Assembly: GCA_038256975.1 (NCBI GenBank)
Contig: JBBSJU010000001.1
Coordinates: 1-57,086, forward strand
Length of the DNA stretch: 57,086 bases
Origin: Minisyncoccia bacterium
GTDB lineage: Bacteria; Patescibacteriota; Minisyncoccia; Phycocordibacterales; UBA5272
Direction: 5' to 3'
The translations under genes were made by a program, and so were the position numbers. The notes below the pieces were generated by a model that worked only from the letters and a program-made list of their open reading frames with translations, was not told where the DNA came from and did not search any database. Below are positions 37,395 through 46,173 of the stretch, piece by piece. Each line of letters starts with the position of its first letter. Position 1 is the first letter of the stretch.

Positions 37395-39218
37395 ATGAAA
37401 AAGAAAATCAAAGTTGGAATTTTTGTAGAGGGGAAATTTCTACCAGCATATGACGGTGCTAATAATCGCTTCCAGTATCTATCAAAGTTTTTACAGTTAT
37501 CTGGAAAAGTTGATGTTGTAATTTTTCATTGCCATCGTGGGTATACAGATATTAAATTAGTGAAAGGTCAACTTTTTACAACTTACCTTGTTTCCGAAGA
37601 AAACTATTATAATAATTTGGAATTATTAGCAATTCTAATTCAGAAAGAACAGATTGATATTTTACAATTCAATGATTTAGAACCGATTTTGTATCAAGGG
37701 GTAAAATTGTCAAAAATGACTAATACAAAATTAGTTTACGAAATTCATTACAATTCTGCACAATTAGCAAAAACACTTGGTGAAAAAGACGAGATCATCA
37801 ACAGTATTATAAAAAACCAAAGCAAGGTTGGAAAAAACATTGACTACGCAATTTGTCTAAGTGGTGATGACAAAAAAGACTCAATTAAAAACTTACGAAT
37901 TAAAGAAAACGAATTGACCGTGATTTCAAGTGGCGTTGATTTAAGTGAGAATAATTATCATTCTCCGAATTTGAGAGACAAAACCATAGTTTTTTTAGGT
38001 AATTTATATTTTAAACCAAACGAAGATGCGGTTAAGGTTTTAAAAGATAAAATATATCCAAAATTATTAGATCATGGTTTTTCGTTTATAGTGGCGGGCG
38101 ATTGCCCAATAAAATTAAAAACGAAATTGAGTGATAAAAACTTTGATTTTATTGGAACAGTGAAAGATTTGAATTTTCTTTTTGCAAAAGCTAGTATATG
38201 TGTCGCACCGATTTTTGAGGGCACCGGAATTAGAATCAAGTTTTTGAATTTTATGTCGGGCGGTATTCCGGTTTTAACAACACGAATTGCAACTAATGGT
38301 TTTCTAAACAAAAGTAACTTTATTATCGAAGATAATATTGATAGGTATGCCGAAAAAATAGTTCATCTTTTTAACGATGATAGACTCGTTAAGATTTCAA
38401 AAAATAGCAGAAAATTAATTGAGCAAGATTATTCTTGGCAAAAAATTGCTAAGCAAGTTATTAGGGTCTATAGAAAAGTTTTAAATAAAAAGACTAAAAA
38501 CAAGACAGAGGGTGTAGAAATTTTACAAAAACCAGCTTGGTTAAGAGAATTGATTAGTAAAGGTAGATACAAGTTAATTCAAAAACTACCAAGAGGCTTC
38601 TCCTTTTCAAAGGTGTCAAACGGTAAGGTTGAAAACTTTATATTGAAAAATATTATTGCAATTGAAGGAATGCCGGGGGCGGGTAAAACAACTTTTGTGA
38701 ATAATTTGCAATTTAAAAAGGTAAAAACTATAAAGGAGTGGCATATAAAGATTCCTAAAAATATTAAAAGCAATTTTGAAATTCAGAGACTGTATATATT
38801 ATCTGAAAAAAACAAGTATAAAATAAATAGCAAGTTTTACCAAAAAAAAGAAAAAATAGTTTTGGACCGAAGTTTTATATCTACTTTGGCGTATTCGTAT
38901 GCTGATTGTAAAACAAATAATGTGATGACTGATTATAAGAAAATACTAAAATTGTTGGGAAATATTAAGTACGAAATTTTATGGCCAACTAAAATTATTG
39001 TTTTAGATTGCTCGATTAAAGAAAGTATTAAAAGACGAAAAAGATTTCAAAATATTATTGAATACAGAAAATGGTTTGATCAAAAGTTTTTAGTAAATTT
39101 TAGTGATTTCTATCACAATGAATTACCAAAACTCCTAGAAGTTAAACCTATTTTTGTGGATACTAGCAACAAAACAATTTTAGAAGTTGAAAACGAAGTC
39201 ATGAAAGAAATTCTATGA
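37395..39218 (+). CDS. GT4 glycosyltransferase fused to a thymidylate-kinase-like P-loop NMP kinase
   Basis: FLGNLYFKPN, APIFEGTGIRIKFLNFMSGGIPVLTT, YSWQKIA; then IAIEGMPGAGKTT, LDRSFIST. Confidence 0.85.
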   Translation: MKKKIKVGIFVEGKFLPAYDGANNRFQYLSKFLQLSGKVDVVIFHCHRGYTDIKLVKGQLFTTYLVSEENYYNNLELLAILIQKEQIDILQFNDLEPILYQGVKLSKMTNTKLVYEIHYNSAQLAKTLGEKDEIINSIIKNQSKVGKNIDYAICLSGDDKKDSIKNLRIKENELTVISSGVDLSENNYHSPNLRDKTIVFLGNLYFKPNEDAVKVLKDKIYPKLLDHGFSFIVAGDCPIKLKTKLSDKNFDFIGTVKDLNFLFAKASICVAPIFEGTGIRIKFLNFMSGGIPVLTTRIATNGFLNKSNFIIEDNIDRYAEKIVHLFNDDRLVKISKNSRKLIEQDYSWQKIAKQVIRVYRKVLNKKTKNKTEGVEILQKPAWLRELISKGRYKLIQKLPRGFSFSKVSNGKVENFILKNIIAIEGMPGAGKTTFVNNLQFKKVKTIKEWHIKIPKNIKSNFEIQRLYILSEKNKYKINSKFYQKKEKIVLDRSFISTLAYSYADCKTNNVMTDYKKILKLLGNIKYEILWPTKIIVLDCSIKESIKRRKRFQNIIEYRKWFDQKFLVNFSDFYHNELPKLLEVKPIFVDTSNKTILEVENEVMKEIL

Positions 39219-40120
39219 ACAAATTATCTGTAATTATCTCTACTTATAGACATCAAAACAGAATTCTGGGGTTAAAAAAAATCGCTCTATCTTTATCAAA
39301 AAAAGAAAATGATGATTTGTTGCTAGAAATAATCATTGTGGATAATGGAGGCTCTCTTTCTGAAAGTGAAAAAAGTGATTTATTAGCAATACATTCAAAA
39401 ATTTTCTTTATTATTGAAAATGAAATTGGTTTGAATATTGCTAGGAATACAGGTGTAAAAAGTAGTAACGGCGACATTATCGCTTTTATGGATGATGACG
39501 TTTGGGTTTCAGAAACTTGGGCAAAAAACATTTTGGATGCTTATGAAAATAGCAGTGTTTGGTGTGCTGGTGGAAAAGTCACTATGACAAATATGGAAAT
39601 TATTAAAGATAAAAAATGGTTAACAAATTATTTTCTACGTTTTTTATTTCCAACGGAATTCCCGGAACATACTGGGCAAATTATCGCCCCGTATTTTCTA
39701 GTTGGTGCAAATATGTCATTTAGAAAAGATATTTTTGAAAAATATGGACTGTTTGATAAAAAACTCGATAGAGTTGCGAATAAGCTTTTATCTTGTGGGG
39801 ATACAGAATTCATAGGGAGATTACCTAAAGAAAATATTTTCTTTATAAAAGATGCTGTAGTTTATGGAGAAATCGATGAAAAACGGTTGAACGTAAAATA
39901 TATGTTAAAACGATTATATTGGCAAGGATATTCAGATTTTATTTTTATACAAAAGGTTGGTATAGATAGATTTTTTGATAGACACGAGATTCAATTTGGG
40001 CGGAGCTTTTTGGAGTTTATTTTTTCAAAACTGTTTCAGTTTAAGTTTTTTGAATCTATCTGTGTTATAGCGAGGTGCGTTGGTTTTTATGTCTCAAAAA
40101 AGAAAAATGAGAGCAAATAG
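39215..40120 (+). CDS. GT2 family glycosyltransferase
   Basis: LSVIISTY, IIIVDNG, GLNIARNTG, FMDDD, GANMSFRK, GDTEF. Confidence 0.92.
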   Translation: MNKLSVIISTYRHQNRILGLKKIALSLSKKENDDLLLEIIIVDNGGSLSESEKSDLLAIHSKIFFIIENEIGLNIARNTGVKSSNGDIIAFMDDDVWVSETWAKNILDAYENSSVWCAGGKVTMTNMEIIKDKKWLTNYFLRFLFPTEFPEHTGQIIAPYFLVGANMSFRKDIFEKYGLFDKKLDRVANKLLSCGDTEFIGRLPKENIFFIKDAVVYGEIDEKRLNVKYMLKRLYWQGYSDFIFIQKVGIDRFFDRHEIQFGRSFLEFIFSKLFQFKFFESICVIARCVGFYVSKKKNESK

Positions 40121-40129
40121 GGCGTGCTC

Positions 40130-40678
40130 TCATTCAATTATAGTAAGTATTTTGGAAAAAGCGTTTTGTGGATTATCAGAGGAATTATCAATTATTACAT
40201 CCGGTAGAACTCTCTTAAATTCCTCTAAACACCTTCTTTCTGACTCCTGTCTTATATAATCTTTACTGTAGTCATTAATGGGGTCTCTTTTGGAAATTCG
40301 TTCCAACCTGATCTGATTTTCGCAAAAAATTAAGAAACAAAAGTCAGGCATAAGAATGTTAAGTTGTGGGAAGCAAGAAAGATCTAAGCCGAGTGTTTTG
40401 TGATAGCAAAAAGTTGACCAAATGTATTTATCACAAATGACAGGCTTCTCTCTCAGTATTTCGCTAACTTCTGAGGATACTTGTAGATTGAGTGATAAAT
40501 AAAAGTAATATCTTGCTTCAATTGATAAACTTCTATCTGCTAGTGAACGTATTTCTCGAAAACTTGCCGGAGTATTGTAGTAAACACCACCAAGTCTTTC
40601 TGCAAGCATTTTTGCGAGTGTAGTTTTACCACTTCCCATAATTCCTTCCAGAACGATAAATCTGTTTTGTGTACACAC
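40130..40678 (-). CDS. Thymidylate kinase-like (CMPK2-like) nucleotide kinase
   Basis: IVLEGIMGSGKTT, FYLSLN, PVICDKYIWSTFCY, RLERISKR. Confidence 0.85.
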   Translation of the reverse strand: MCTQNRFIVLEGIMGSGKTTLAKMLAERLGGVYYNTPASFREIRSLADRSLSIEARYYFYLSLNLQVSSEVSEILREKPVICDKYIWSTFCYHKTLGLDLSCFPQLNILMPDFCFLIFCENQIRLERISKRDPINDYSKDYIRQESERRCLEEFKRVLPDVIIDNSSDNPQNAFSKILTIIE

Positions 40679-40744
40679 AGGAATCTCCTTCTGTAAAGAG
40701 CTTACTTTTCTTTTTATAACACTCTACAGATAAAAGTCAAGCTT

Positions 40745-41281
40745 TTAGAGAAACGATTTCAGCTCTTCGGTTAGTTTCCATAAATACTTTTTTGCCAAAG
40801 AATCCTCGCAAGAATCTAAGAAATTTTGAATTTGAGCAACATATTTATCATTGTTAACGAATTTTGGGTACAAATGCTGCTCATTCTTTTGATAAATTTT
40901 AATAAAGTTACCCATATGTGAGGTGAAGTCAGCAATCTTAATCAATTTTGCTCCATCAGAAATTCTTCTAATGTGTTCATAATATTCTGTCATCAAATCT
41001 TGTTTTGTCAGTTCAGGCCTCGTCGAGTCTTTCCAGTCTTTTACATGCGATACCTCTAAAATCAAATTTAAAACATCTAGTCCAAATTTTTCAATAATTT
41101 CTTCGTTTGTTGCATTAGTATCCTCTAAAACATCGTGTAAAAGTCCAGCAATCAAGATATTGGTATCTTCTACTTTAAAATCTTCTTTTAATAAAAAATA
41201 AACCTCTAAAAAATGATTCTCAATGTTAACCTCGGAGAATTTTCTAGTAGCAAATTCTTTAGCTTGCTCGATGTTATCCAT
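40745..41281 (-). CDS. HD-domain protein, RelA/SpoT hydrolase (SAH/Mesh1)-like
   Basis: H.LEV, AGLLHDVLEDT, FG.DV..L..EVS, AKLIKIAD; start codon uncertain. Confidence 0.85.
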   Translation of the reverse strand: MDNIEQAKEFATRKFSEVNIENHFLEVYFLLKEDFKVEDTNILIAGLLHDVLEDTNATNEEIIEKFGLDVLNLILEVSHVKDWKDSTRPELTKQDLMTEYYEHIRRISDGAKLIKIADFTSHMGNFIKIYQKNEQHLYPKFVNNDKYVAQIQNFLDSCEDSLAKKYLWKLTEELKSFL

Positions 41282-41462
41282 ATACATGTGTATACCATTT
41301 TTTAGAGTATTTTTCAATTTTTTTATCTGTCAAAAATGTGAGTAGGGAACTGACTAAATAAGTAAGGTTAATAAATAATGATCTCTAAGTCCTGCATGCA
41401 AGCACCTGTGTGTAGGGCTCTTTTTTATATCTACATCTTTGATATACTTTTTGTATAGCACT

Positions 41463-43742
41463 ATGACTAAATTTTTATCTCTTCTCTCGTTCGCACTGCT
41501 TATTACGTTTGGAATGTTTAACATTTCATACGCAGCCTGCGGAACTATTAATCTTTCTTGTACTCAGGATTTAGAATTAAGTTGGACTTCAACGGGGCAA
41601 ACTCCTCAGTTGTGTGAGGTTGGTGGGGCGGGTTGGTCAGGATCTTCGCAGTGTACTTCTCAAGCTGAGCCGAGCGCGAGTAATGGCTGGATACGGATTT
41701 CTGCAGACAGTATTCCAAATGGAACAAGTCTCTATTCTTTCCAAGGCGTACCGCTCTCAGGCACTCCACCACAGATGACAGATACGTGTACTATTGTTAA
41801 ACCAACAAATTGTGTACCTTCAGGCTCTGGTACTTACGACATCTCTGCTGCGCCGAATCCTGTGCAAATTTGTAGCCCAGCAACTACAGGAGCAAGTAAT
41901 ATTTCTTGGGTAGCACCAAGCGGCGAGAGTGTGCGGGTGGATGTGAACGGGACACTTTTTAGTAATGGAACAGGTAATGGCTCACAATCAGCAAACTATA
42001 TTTCACTTGGCACTCCATACACATTCAGTTTGTATCGTACAACAGGTGGAGTAAATGAACTTAAAGATACGGTGAGTGTAAGTGGTACAACTGATGGATG
42101 TCCAGGAGCAACATCATTTAAATGTGCAAGTAATTCATGTCAGGCGTGTGGGGGATCAACAGGCGTTGCCTGCGATAGTACTGGGGGAAGCTGTACAGCA
42201 GTAGGGGAGTCTTGTGCTGTAACGCCGCCAGCCGCAACAAATGATGTTGGATTTGGTAATCCTACAGGAGCAGGCTTTGCAAAAAATCTCACTATCTCAC
42301 AAGGAACGAATGCCCAACTTAACTGGACATCATCTGGTACAGGACTTACAAATTGTCGCATTCAACGTTCTGATAACGGTGGTTCAACTTGGTACGATAA
42401 TGGCTGGACAGGAGCGGTGGGTGGAAATACTGCCACAAACTGGGCGGTGGGAACATATCCATTTCGACACATTTGTGCACAGTCATCAGGTGGAAATTTA
42501 ATAAGCGCAACAGCAACGTTGACTATTCAAAGTGGACCGGTAGCAACTGCAGCGCTTGGATTTAATGTCGTTGGAAATAGCGTTACGGAGCCAACAAAAA
42601 CTATTAATTCTGGTCAAACAACGAATCTTTATTACGGTGTTGAAAATGTTGTAGCAAATTCTTGTACCATTACACAAAGTCCAACGGGCGGACTTCCTGC
42701 CGCGAATGCTTCTACGCAAGCAACACAGACATTTCAATCAGGAAGTCTTTCTGCGCCATGGGGGGCAACTGCAGGCGTATCATCTTTCACCTACACGATG
42801 ACATGTACAAGAACTTCTGGAGGAACCATTGCTTCAAATGTGGCAACACTTACCGTGAACCAAGTGCCGAGTTGTGGTAATAATATTTGTAACGGAAATG
42901 AGACGTGCAGTAGTTGTCCACAGGATTGTGGAGCTTGCGCAGGTAGTGGGACACTTGACGCGGCGTGCCTTACTAGTCCGAGTGTTCCGACCGTACGTTC
43001 AGGACAGCAATTTACCGTGAATGTGCCGTTTACAAACACAGGGAGTAAGGTCTGGACTCCTTCGCAGACGATGTCGTATCTTGCTCGTTCATCCGCCCAA
43101 GTAAGCACAGGATGGAACGGTCTCACCCAAGGTCTTTCGTATGCTATTCCAGGTACTCCAGCATCAGGGGTCTTTACTCCAAGTTTTGCTCTTACCGCAC
43201 CATATGTTTCTTCGGTAACAGATTTTATTCTCACCTTTAGAATGCAAGAAAACGGAGTTCCTTTTGGATCGACATGTTTTGTAAATGGGACAGGGAATGT
43301 CACCGTGGCTCCGCCCCGATGTAGTGATGGAGTGGATAATGATATTGATGGTTTAACAGATTGTACAACAGGAGCTGAAGATCCTGGATGTTATCCAGAC
43401 GGAAACGGAGGTGGTGGGGCATGTAATCCACAAGATGATGATGAAAATGACGCAACTGGTGCAGTGCTTCGAATTTCTGCAAATCCGCAACTCGTGCGTC
43501 AAGGAGGATCATCACAGATCTCATATGAAGTAACTGGATGCGTGAGTCAAGATAAAGGCAATCCTGTTGCTTGGGAACTTCTTCGAGACGGACTTTCTAT
43601 TGGAGTGTCAGGTTCAGAAAGTAGCGACGGAGAACAAAAGTATCCTGTTACGGATATTCAAAACAAGACGACCTTTACGCTATCTTGCGGTGGCACATCA
43701 CGTGCAGCAACAATATCAGTGATAAAGATTGGAGAGTTTTAA
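41463..43742 (+). CDS. Secreted Cys/Thr/Gly-rich multi-domain surface protein
   Basis: Signal peptide; Ig-like LSWTS repeats; CGNNICNGNETCSSCPQDCG; FTNTGSKVW; CSDGVDNDIDGLTD..DPGC. Confidence 0.82.
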   Translation: MTKFLSLLSFALLITFGMFNISYAACGTINLSCTQDLELSWTSTGQTPQLCEVGGAGWSGSSQCTSQAEPSASNGWIRISADSIPNGTSLYSFQGVPLSGTPPQMTDTCTIVKPTNCVPSGSGTYDISAAPNPVQICSPATTGASNISWVAPSGESVRVDVNGTLFSNGTGNGSQSANYISLGTPYTFSLYRTTGGVNELKDTVSVSGTTDGCPGATSFKCASNSCQACGGSTGVACDSTGGSCTAVGESCAVTPPAATNDVGFGNPTGAGFAKNLTISQGTNAQLNWTSSGTGLTNCRIQRSDNGGSTWYDNGWTGAVGGNTATNWAVGTYPFRHICAQSSGGNLISATATLTIQSGPVATAALGFNVVGNSVTEPTKTINSGQTTNLYYGVENVVANSCTITQSPTGGLPAANASTQATQTFQSGSLSAPWGATAGVSSFTYTMTCTRTSGGTIASNVATLTVNQVPSCGNNICNGNETCSSCPQDCGACAGSGTLDAACLTSPSVPTVRSGQQFTVNVPFTNTGSKVWTPSQTMSYLARSSAQVSTGWNGLTQGLSYAIPGTPASGVFTPSFALTAPYVSSVTDFILTFRMQENGVPFGSTCFVNGTGNVTVAPPRCSDGVDNDIDGLTDCTTGAEDPGCYPDGNGGGGACNPQDDDENDATGAVLRISANPQLVRQGGSSQISYEVTGCVSQDKGNPVAWELLRDGLSIGVSGSESSDGEQKYPVTDIQNKTTFTLSCGGTSRAATISVIKIGEF

Positions 43743-43766
43743 TAGAAGAGGGGAGGCTACAAATAA

Positions 43767-43790
43767 AAACCAGCAGAGATGCTGGTTTTG
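43767..43790. terminator. Intrinsic terminator
   Basis: aaaaccagc-agagat-gctggtttt. Confidence 0.75.
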
Positions 43791-43891
43791 TTTTTGCGGA
43801 TTTTTAACTCCTTGGGATTTTAAGATAACAAGCAATATTGATATCTTGAATAAGTTTTGGAGTTAGATCATTTTTTGCTAGACTTTAGATT

Positions 43892-45127
43892 ATGAATACT
43901 TTTATTGATACTTCAAAAAATCCTTTGGATATAGAAGTAGTTGAACGTAAAGGTATAGGTCACCCCGACTCGTTGGCAGATATAATTGCTGAGGATTTTT
44001 CAAATAGGTACTCGTTATTCTGTTTAGAGCAGTTTGGTACTGTTTTAAACTATTGGTTTGACAAGGTGACCCTTTCAGGGGGTGTCTGTGATTTAGGTTT
44101 TGGTAGGTGTAGTATTTTAAAACCAATAACAATATATTTATTTGGTAGAGTAACTACAAAATTTGCTGATCATAAGATACCTGTCGAAGCCATGTTTAAA
44201 GAAAGCTGTTTCGGTGTTTTTGATCAAATTTTCGGAGACTCTTATCCAAAGGAATCAATCAATTTTTTCTTTGACGTAAATAGTGCTATCGGCGCTGATC
44301 ATGAAAGAACGTACTATTCCCCAGATTCTATCGGTTCGTTAAAAACGTATGAGAATTTTACTGCAAATGATACTGTTGTCTGTCATGGGTATGCCCCTTA
44401 TACAAAAACTGAGACTATTTGTATTGCTATTGAAAACTTTCTTAACTCAACCTCATTCAAAAATAAATATAATGCAACGGGTTGGGACGTAAAGGTTTTA
44501 ATTATTCGTGAGAATTCTTCTTATAGAATAACAATCTGCATTCCTTTTATTGCCAATAAAACACAATCCCATGAATTTTATTTAAATTCAAAAAATGAAA
44601 TTAAAAAGGAAATAAGCGAGTATCTTAAAAGTAGCAATTTTTTCTCTATTGAAGATAGCTATGAAATCTATTTAAATACAAAGGATAAAGATAACCTTGC
44701 TTATCTTGTTGCATTTGGCTCGGCTGTGGATAAAGGAGATTATGGTGCTGTTGGAAGAGGGAATAGATACTCGGGTGTTATTTCGGTAAATCGTGGTACG
44801 AATGTTGAAGCTGTTAATGGAAAAAATTCTCGAAATCATAGTGGTAAATTGTATACAGTTTTGTCGTATGCAGTAGCTTCTTTTGTCTACGAGAAAACAG
44901 GTGAACCCTGTCAGGTTATTATTACTACTGATAATGGTAGACTTCTGAATAATCCCACTATGGTTGTGATTCGTTTTGATAACAAAGGGTTCACTTTGAA
45001 TAAAGAAGACGATTTAGTAATCAAGGAATATATTAAAACAATCTTTAGTGAAATCGATAAACTTTCTTCTTCCATAATATTGCGTAATCCTGTCACTGAT
45101 TTTAAAAACATTTTTATCTATGCTTAA
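43892..45127 (+). CDS. Archaeal-type S-adenosylmethionine synthetase homologue (divergent)
   Basis: EVVERKGIGHPDSLAD, ANDT, GAVGRGNR, EAVNGKN.RNHSGKLY. Confidence 0.88.
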   Translation: MNTFIDTSKNPLDIEVVERKGIGHPDSLADIIAEDFSNRYSLFCLEQFGTVLNYWFDKVTLSGGVCDLGFGRCSILKPITIYLFGRVTTKFADHKIPVEAMFKESCFGVFDQIFGDSYPKESINFFFDVNSAIGADHERTYYSPDSIGSLKTYENFTANDTVVCHGYAPYTKTETICIAIENFLNSTSFKNKYNATGWDVKVLIIRENSSYRITICIPFIANKTQSHEFYLNSKNEIKKEISEYLKSSNFFSIEDSYEIYLNTKDKDNLAYLVAFGSAVDKGDYGAVGRGNRYSGVISVNRGTNVEAVNGKNSRNHSGKLYTVLSYAVASFVYEKTGEPCQVIITTDNGRLLNNPTMVVIRFDNKGFTLNKEDDLVIKEYIKTIFSEIDKLSSSIILRNPVTDFKNIFIYA

Positions 45128-45680
45128 AGTAATACTAATTGGTGGCGGAGAATTAACTGAAGACACCCTTTTAAAAATAAAAGAAGAGTCTACTTCAGGT
45201 TTTTTAAAATCAACAAATATTAAGACGATGGTCATTCCATTTGCGAGACATGAAGAGGATTGGGATGCTGTATACAATAAGAATGTAACTAAATATGCCC
45301 ATGAGGGTTACAATTACTCGTTTGTATGTCCAAGCAGGATTCATGATGTTTTTTTGAAACAACTGGTTGATTCAGAACTTATTATTATCTGTGGGGGTAG
45401 TGAGTTGAGTCTCGCAAAGAATCTACCGACTCTTTCAGGTGCTAATTTTGATAATAAGGTAATAATTGCAACATCTGCAGGTGCTAATTTTTTAGCAACT
45501 TCCTATTATTCTAATGATAGAAATGAATTTGCCGTAGGCGCTAATCTTTTAAAGATAAACACGTTTTGTCATTTTAAAGATGGCATGAACGATAAATTAA
45601 AAAAGTTGGCAGAATCAAACGGATTACCAACTCTCCCTATAAGAGAAGGTAGTTTTATTGTATTATATGAAAGCAAATAG
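45120..45680 (+). CDS. Peptidase S51 / type 1 glutamine amidotransferase-like protein
   Basis: ILIGGG, VIPFA, IICGGS, TSAGA nucleophile elbow, CHF. Confidence 0.75.
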   Translation: MLKVILIGGGELTEDTLLKIKEESTSGFLKSTNIKTMVIPFARHEEDWDAVYNKNVTKYAHEGYNYSFVCPSRIHDVFLKQLVDSELIIICGGSELSLAKNLPTLSGANFDNKVIIATSAGANFLATSYYSNDRNEFAVGANLLKINTFCHFKDGMNDKLKKLAESNGLPTLPIREGSFIVLYESK

Positions 45681-46170
45681 TCATGTTTTAAATTTTCTGG
45701 AGATATTTTCTAAAAATTATGATAATAGTATCGAAGATAGTGTAATTGTGCTTCTTAAACCTGATTTTCCGGAAGACAAAAAATATGATTTTTTGTCTTA
45801 CTGTAGCGAAAGATCGTTAAAGATTATATTCGAAGACTCTTCTATTTTAGATAGAGATAAAATCTTTGGTATTTATTATGATATTTTCAAACAAAGAGAT
45901 GATGATAGAAAATATGGAATATCATGGAAATTAAAATTAATCGATTACTTAACAACCGGAAAATCTGCTTATTACATAGTTCAAGGAGTAAATGCCCAAA
46001 AGTTATTAAATGACTATAAAAAAATGATTAGAGAAGAATATAATAAAATTACTACGCCAAAAGAAACTTTAAATGAAAATGATTTTTTTGAAAAAGTAAT
46101 TAAAAATCTAATTCATATTACAAATGAGAAAGAATTTGTTCCGACATGTTGGTTTTTATTTATGAAGTAA
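45667..46170 (+). CDS. Nucleoside-diphosphate-kinase-like protein
   Basis: VLLKPD, LIDYLTTGKS, K..IR, NLIH; start codon uncertain. Confidence 0.65.
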   Translation: MKANSHVLNFLEIFSKNYDNSIEDSVIVLLKPDFPEDKKYDFLSYCSERSLKIIFEDSSILDRDKIFGIYYDIFKQRDDDRKYGISWKLKLIDYLTTGKSAYYIVQGVNAQKLLNDYKKMIREEYNKITTPKETLNENDFFEKVIKNLIHITNEKEFVPTCWFLFMK

Positions 46171-46173
46171 GTC

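Larger units (their letters stand above)
37312..41424. mobile_element. AT-rich 4-gene island bounded by an 18-bp direct repeat
   Basis: tgtgtgtagggctctttt at 37312-37329 and 41407-41424; interior visibly AT-richer than the flanks; no integrase. Confidence 0.45.
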
